A stretch of 20,000 bases of DNA from IMG/VR virus record IMGVR_UViG_3300015050_001305, one strand, 5' to 3'. The translations under genes were made by a program, and so were the position numbers. The notes under the pieces were generated by a model. It did no database searches and was not told the DNA's origin. It saw nothing but the letters and a program-made list of their open reading frames with translations. Shown here one piece after another: positions 16,909 through 20,000 of the stretch (positions are counted from its first letter, which is position 1; every line of letters begins with the position of its first letter). Source of the DNA: an uncultured virus (IMG/VR IMGVR_UViG_3300015050_001305). Lineage: Duplodnaviria > Heunggongvirae > Uroviricota > Caudoviricetes.

Positions 16909-17269
16909 CTATGAAATGCTGCATGTTGCGAGCGCAATTGTCGTTGCAGAAGTATCTGTCGCCGCTAAAGATTAGCTCGCCACAGTCCAGACACTTGCCG
17001 GTCGGCTCAGGTCCCATGTACTCATCGTAGGCATACACGCCTCCGTATCGAAAGAACTGACTGAGCGTAGGATCCACGATCGTCTCGCCGTCCAGGCACC
17101 ACCAGTGCTGATGCCTAGCACCACCATATGACTCGACGTAGCCACGATGCCGCGTTAGTCGGGGGATGGCCCTGACCATCAGCTCCGTCGCCTCGCGGCA
17201 CATATTGTCCACGTTGCCGTTGTTGGATTTTACATATGCTGTAATCCATTGAGCGCAATCGTCATTCAT
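16865..17269 (-). CDS. transglutaminase/papain-like Cys-His-Asp protein with C-terminal zinc finger
   Basis: NMCREAT...HQHWWC...IVDPT.SQF; CLDC...FCNDNC; start moved to 17269 because 17329 lies inside a tRNA. Confidence 0.65.
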   Translation of the reverse strand: MNDDCAQWITAYVKSNNGNVDNMCREATELMVRAIPRLTRHRGYVESYGGARHQHWWCLDGETIVDPTLSQFFRYGGVYAYDEYMGPEPTGKCLDCGELIFSGDRYFCNDNCARNMQHFIEKDRATLNALDGGI

Positions 17270-17302
17270 TTTAATTAATCCATTATTTAAGATGTCAAAT
17301 AG

Positions 17303-17376
17303 TGGCCCTGGCAAGGATCGAACTTGCAATCTCTGCTTTAGGAAAGCGGTGCTTAATCCAATTAAGCTACAGGGTC
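17303..17376 (-). tRNA. tRNA-Arg(CCU)
   Basis: GACCCTG-TA-GCTT AATTGGATT AAGC-A-CCGCT TTCCTAA AGCAG-AGATT-GCAAG TTCGATC CTTGC-CAGGGCC-A; two stem mismatches, no encoded CCA. Confidence 0.85.
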
Positions 17377-17377
17377 A

Positions 17378-17453
17378 TGGCGCATCCGGTTGGATTCGAA
17401 CCAACGTAATTTTGCTTAGAAGGCAAACGCCTAATCCACTAGACTACGGATGC
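17378..17453 (-). tRNA. tRNA-Arg(UCU)
   Basis: GCATCCG-TA-GTCT AGTGGATT AGGC-G-TTTGC CTTCTAA GCAAA-ATTAC-GTTGG TTCGAAT CCAAC-CGGATGC-GCCA. Confidence 0.95.
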
Positions 17454-17482
17454 GTATCATCTTTTAGGTGCAGATCGAATGA

Positions 17483-17719
17483 TTATTTGAATATTCCCAT
17501 TGAAAGCAATACTGCAATGGCAGCATTCATAGCCTTTAGCTTGTTCACGTCAGCTTCGAACTCGACGGTGCTTGCAAGCAGTTCTTCTAGTGAGGAATTG
17601 CCTGTGCGAAAAGATAGAATGCTGAGAGTGATGGCGTTGGATCGAAGAATTACTTTATTTTGCTGATGATCAATGCTTAGTTTAATTTGATCTATTGGAC
17701 TCAGAAACATATTTATCAC
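17483..17719 (-). CDS. hypothetical protein
   Basis: 78 aa; GTG start 12 nt downstream of the TGAAAG-N16-TGTAG motif. Confidence 0.6.
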   Translation of the reverse strand: MINMFLSPIDQIKLSIDHQQNKVILRSNAITLSILSFRTGNSSLEELLASTVEFEADVNKLKAMNAAIAVLLSMGIFK

Positions 17720-17731
17720 CTATGAACTACT

Positions 17732-17758
17732 CTACAGCTGAGCGCTGAATATCTTTCA
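17732..17758 (-). promoter_or_regulatory. putative ECF-type promoter TGAAAG-N16-TGTAG
   Basis: Minus strand TGAAAG 17758-17753, TGTAG 17736-17732; points into ORF 17719 and the tRNA-Arg pair. Confidence 0.6.
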
Positions 17759-18232
17759 CGCATTCATCAGTTCATTGTAGTTGAATTTTTCCCCCAGAGC
17801 TTCGTAGATGTCAATTGTTTCGACATCGGCGCGCTTCACCGGAGATCCGTTGTACAGAAAGACATACATCGGCACGCGCACCTGGCGATTGACGAATTTC
17901 TTGCCTAGTTCTGTAATCCTGTAGTACCCAGCATGCACGCTGCCGTCGTCTCGAACCTTGTCCATCTCTTCAATGAGGCCCCAGTAGCGCAGCTTAGCGC
18001 ACTCACGGTCAGTCGCATTCTGCGAAATCAGATAGCTTGGTACATGCAGGCAATCCTTGGCGTCAGGCTGCCTGAAATAGCGATCAATCAGAAGCAGCGC
18101 ATAGGCCATGAAGCTATTCAGCTTGCGCTTGTAAAGCTTCACATGCTGGTTGCAGGTAGGGCATGTTGCGCCATGATCAAAGCGTGCGCGTAGCCATTGT
18201 TTTGCTTCTTCAACAGTTCGATTGTCTGGCAT
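17756..18232 (-). CDS. phage protein with CxxC knuckle and winged-helix-like domain
   Basis: GATCPTCNQ...AKLRYWGLIE...GYYRITELGKKFV. Confidence 0.75.
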   Translation of the reverse strand: MPDNRTVEEAKQWLRARFDHGATCPTCNQHVKLYKRKLNSFMAYALLLIDRYFRQPDAKDCLHVPSYLISQNATDRECAKLRYWGLIEEMDKVRDDGSVHAGYYRITELGKKFVNRQVRVPMYVFLYNGSPVKRADVETIDIYEALGEKFNYNELMNA

Positions 18233-18303
18233 CTAAAACAACATTCACAGACAAAATAATCATTGTCTAGTGCATGGAAGCATTTGGCGTGACAATTCGA
18301 TAA

Positions 18304-18576
18304 TCAGCGATATTTCTTTTTCTTATCGGGCAATGGAATCAAATGATTTATTGCTTTTGTATGATTGCTTGACTTGCTGATCTGCGCGCGGGAAAGATGG
18401 TCCCATTTTTTGCTGTGTGGCAGGTCGCTTTGCTCCTCGGTTGCTATGCCGCACTGCTGGCAATAGGTGACGAGCTTTACGCCAGCGCGCTGTAGATCAA
18501 TGTGCTCATATCCGCAATTTTTACAAGTCAAACCCAACCGACTTTCTGCAGGCTCATGCTGTATCCAACGTAGCAT
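18304..18576 (-). CDS. zinc-ribbon protein
   Basis: CKNC...CQQC, basic C-terminus. Confidence 0.65.
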   Translation of the reverse strand: MLRWIQHEPAESRLGLTCKNCGYEHIDLQRAGVKLVTYCQQCGIATEEQSDLPHSKKWDHLSRAQISKSSNHTKAINHLIPLPDKKKKYR

Positions 18577-18578
18577 AA

Positions 18579-18749
18579 CTAAAATTCAATAATGATCACA
18601 GTAGGTGACCCCGAATTCTCGGGCTGAGGTCTAGGCCGTTCTTCATAAAATGGCGCTTCGATCTGAAGCGGCTGCTGAATTACAACTTGAGGACAGCTCG
18701 GACAGAAGTGCCAGGCTGGTCTCGCGTGAGGACACAGTGGAATTTCCAT
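18579..18749 (-). CDS. small protein (56 aa, not in ORF track)
   Basis: MEIPLCPHARPAWHFCPSCPQVVIQQPLQIEAPFYEERPRPQPENSGSPTVIIIEF*; ends 2 nt before the next start; TGATACAAT extended -10 lies 6 nt upstream. Confidence 0.65.
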   Translation of the reverse strand: MEIPLCPHARPAWHFCPSCPQVVIQQPLQIEAPFYEERPRPQPENSGSPTVIIIEF

Positions 18750-18847
18750 GAGTCGATTGTATCATAAGTAAATTTATAAAACGGAAGCAGGTTGGATCGT
18801 CTCTTGTACCATCAGAACTATTAGTGTTTCTCATATTCCAAAATAAT

Positions 18848-18876
18848 TTGATGTTCAAAATATCTCATGATAGTTT
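18848..18876 (+). promoter_or_regulatory. sigma70-like promoter with extended -10
   Basis: TTGATG-N17-TAGTTT with TG at the extended -10 position. Confidence 0.45.
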
Positions 18877-18880
18877 CCAA

Positions 18881-19393
18881 ATGAATCACATGCCCGAATA
18901 CGCCATATATCTCTGTGCAATGCCGACTCGCGTCACAGACATCATTGAGGATACGTCGCCATCGCTGGCTGCGTCATCTTACGCCAGATGTGTTGAAGCA
19001 GCCCATGGTGACACAGTTACGGTGCAGCTAGTTATAAATCTTGATTCACAGGACTACCACTCATTGATGAAGCGCTTAAAGCACGCGCCGTTTCAATCAG
19101 ATGAGCTTGGCGCAGCGGAACAATTCGTGATCGAGTATGAGCCGGACTCGTACCTTGCGCGTGATCGGCCGAAGCCACTAACACCCTTCGCCAATGGTCG
19201 AGACATGCGCACAGTTGACGAGATTCGCCAATGGGAGTCTCATGATCGCCGAATCGTGAGACTACTTGAAGTGATTGACGCCCAGCGCCTGGAGATCTTA
19301 AAACTACAAAAGCATACGTGCGCTCTGCCATTCGTGGAGCGCACGTATGCTAGTATTCCCGAGGAGCTGCTGCTAATCGGCGAAGACGACTAG
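18881..19393 (+). CDS. hypothetical protein
   Basis: Open frame; start probably ATG 18881 or 18890, downstream of the promoter. Confidence 0.65.
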   Translation: MNHMPEYAIYLCAMPTRVTDIIEDTSPSLAASSYARCVEAAHGDTVTVQLVINLDSQDYHSLMKRLKHAPFQSDELGAAEQFVIEYEPDSYLARDRPKPLTPFANGRDMRTVDEIRQWESHDRRIVRLLEVIDAQRLEILKLQKHTCALPFVERTYASIPEELLLIGEDD

Positions 19394-19397
19394 CAAG

Positions 19398-19940
19398 CTA
19401 GCCCTCTTCTAGAGGATCTGTCCAATAGCAGAAGTCTCTCCATGCCTCAGGCGCTGAAGCTGACGAAATGCGCAATGTCATCGCCGAAGCTCTGGCTGGT
19501 TTAATAGGCAGACACTTCAGTTTCATCCCCGCAGCCTCAGGCGTACGGTTACCTTTTTTGGCATTGCAAGAGTTGCATGCAGAAACGATATTCGTCCACT
19601 CCGTTAAACCACCTTGAGCGCGTGGCTTCACATGGTCATACGTGAGGTCGGACATCGACATCTTCGTGCTGCAATATTGGCATCTGAAATTGTCACGAGC
19701 GTAAATATTGACGCGTGAAAATTTGATGTTCTTTTTGTTGCGACGAAACGCCTGCAAGATTCTAACTACGGCAGGCATTTTAATGACTACCGTAGACGAT
19801 CGAATATCGCACCCCTCGTACTCGCGGAGTACTTCAATCTTGCCTTGGAACAGCAAGGTAATAGCGCGCTGCCAAGAGATGACCTTAATTGGCTCATATC
19901 CTTGAGATAGCACAAGTGTTCGGAATATTTCAGTTGACAC
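19398..19940 (-). CDS. HNH endonuclease (McrA-like, zinc-finger type)
   Basis: TLVLSQGYEP, FSRVNIYARD.FRCQYC, LTYDHVKPRAQGG, WTNIVSACNSCNAKKG.RTP; strong AAGGAGG SD before GTG. Confidence 0.92.
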   Translation of the reverse strand: MSTEIFRTLVLSQGYEPIKVISWQRAITLLFQGKIEVLREYEGCDIRSSTVVIKMPAVVRILQAFRRNKKNIKFSRVNIYARDNFRCQYCSTKMSMSDLTYDHVKPRAQGGLTEWTNIVSACNSCNAKKGNRTPEAAGMKLKCLPIKPARASAMTLRISSASAPEAWRDFCYWTDPLEEG

Positions 19941-19974
19941 AGACTACCTCCTTTCGTTTGACGTTTTACTAAAG

Positions 19975-20000
19975 TGAATCATTAGGGAGTCGAACCCTAA
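19975..20000 (-). tRNA. 3' part of a tRNA gene (truncated by window edge; anticodon not visible)
   Basis: Minus strand TAGGG-TTCGACT-CCCTA T-arm followed by a 7-nt acceptor strand ATGATTC and discriminator A. Confidence 0.7.

Noticed and set aside
17292..17666. 124-aa + strand ORF
   Set aside because: Antisense to two tRNA genes and ORF 17483-17719; spurious.
18600..18760. Several short hairpins suggesting a structured ncRNA
   Set aside because: Better explained by the 56-aa minus-strand ORF 18579-18749, which has a promoter and tight packing.
1..20000. CRISPR array, transposase/IS, integrase, reverse transcriptase, intron or intein
   Set aside because: No regularly spaced direct repeats or diagnostic motifs seen; helicase and radical SAM motif spacing leaves no room for an intein.

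Overview
Densely packed, roughly 50% GC segment that reads as the accessory region of a large (jumbo-type) bacteriophage genome or phage-like element. It holds about 40 mostly short ORFs, many joined by ATGA/TAATG overlaps. They run on the + strand to about 16.8 kb, then mostly on the - strand. There are no housekeeping operons and no virion genes. Recognisable products: a SNF2/SMARCAL1-like helicase, a radical SAM enzyme fused to an N-terminal 'TNSSS' domain, an Amidase_2 endolysin, an intact PAS-GGDEF diguanylate cyclase, a SLOG (DUF2493/YspA-like) protein, an A1S_2505-like (macro-like) protein, a degenerate 5'-nucleotidase, a tandem DUF2829/Tad2-like protein, a transglutaminase-like Cys-His-Asp protein, an AT-hook-like basic protein and an HNH nuclease. 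RNA genes are two adjacent tRNA-Arg genes (UCU, CCU) and the 3' end of a third tRNA. Standout observations: (1) a recurring bipartite motif TGAAAG-N15/16-TGTAG just upstream of four genes, plus one variant, resembling an ECF-sigma promoter regulon; (2) a set of nucleotide-signal making, binding and processing genes; (3) the TNSSS-radical SAM fusion. Family assignments come from motifs recognised by eye, not from database searches. A myxobacterial/deltaproteobacterial host is a tentative inference.
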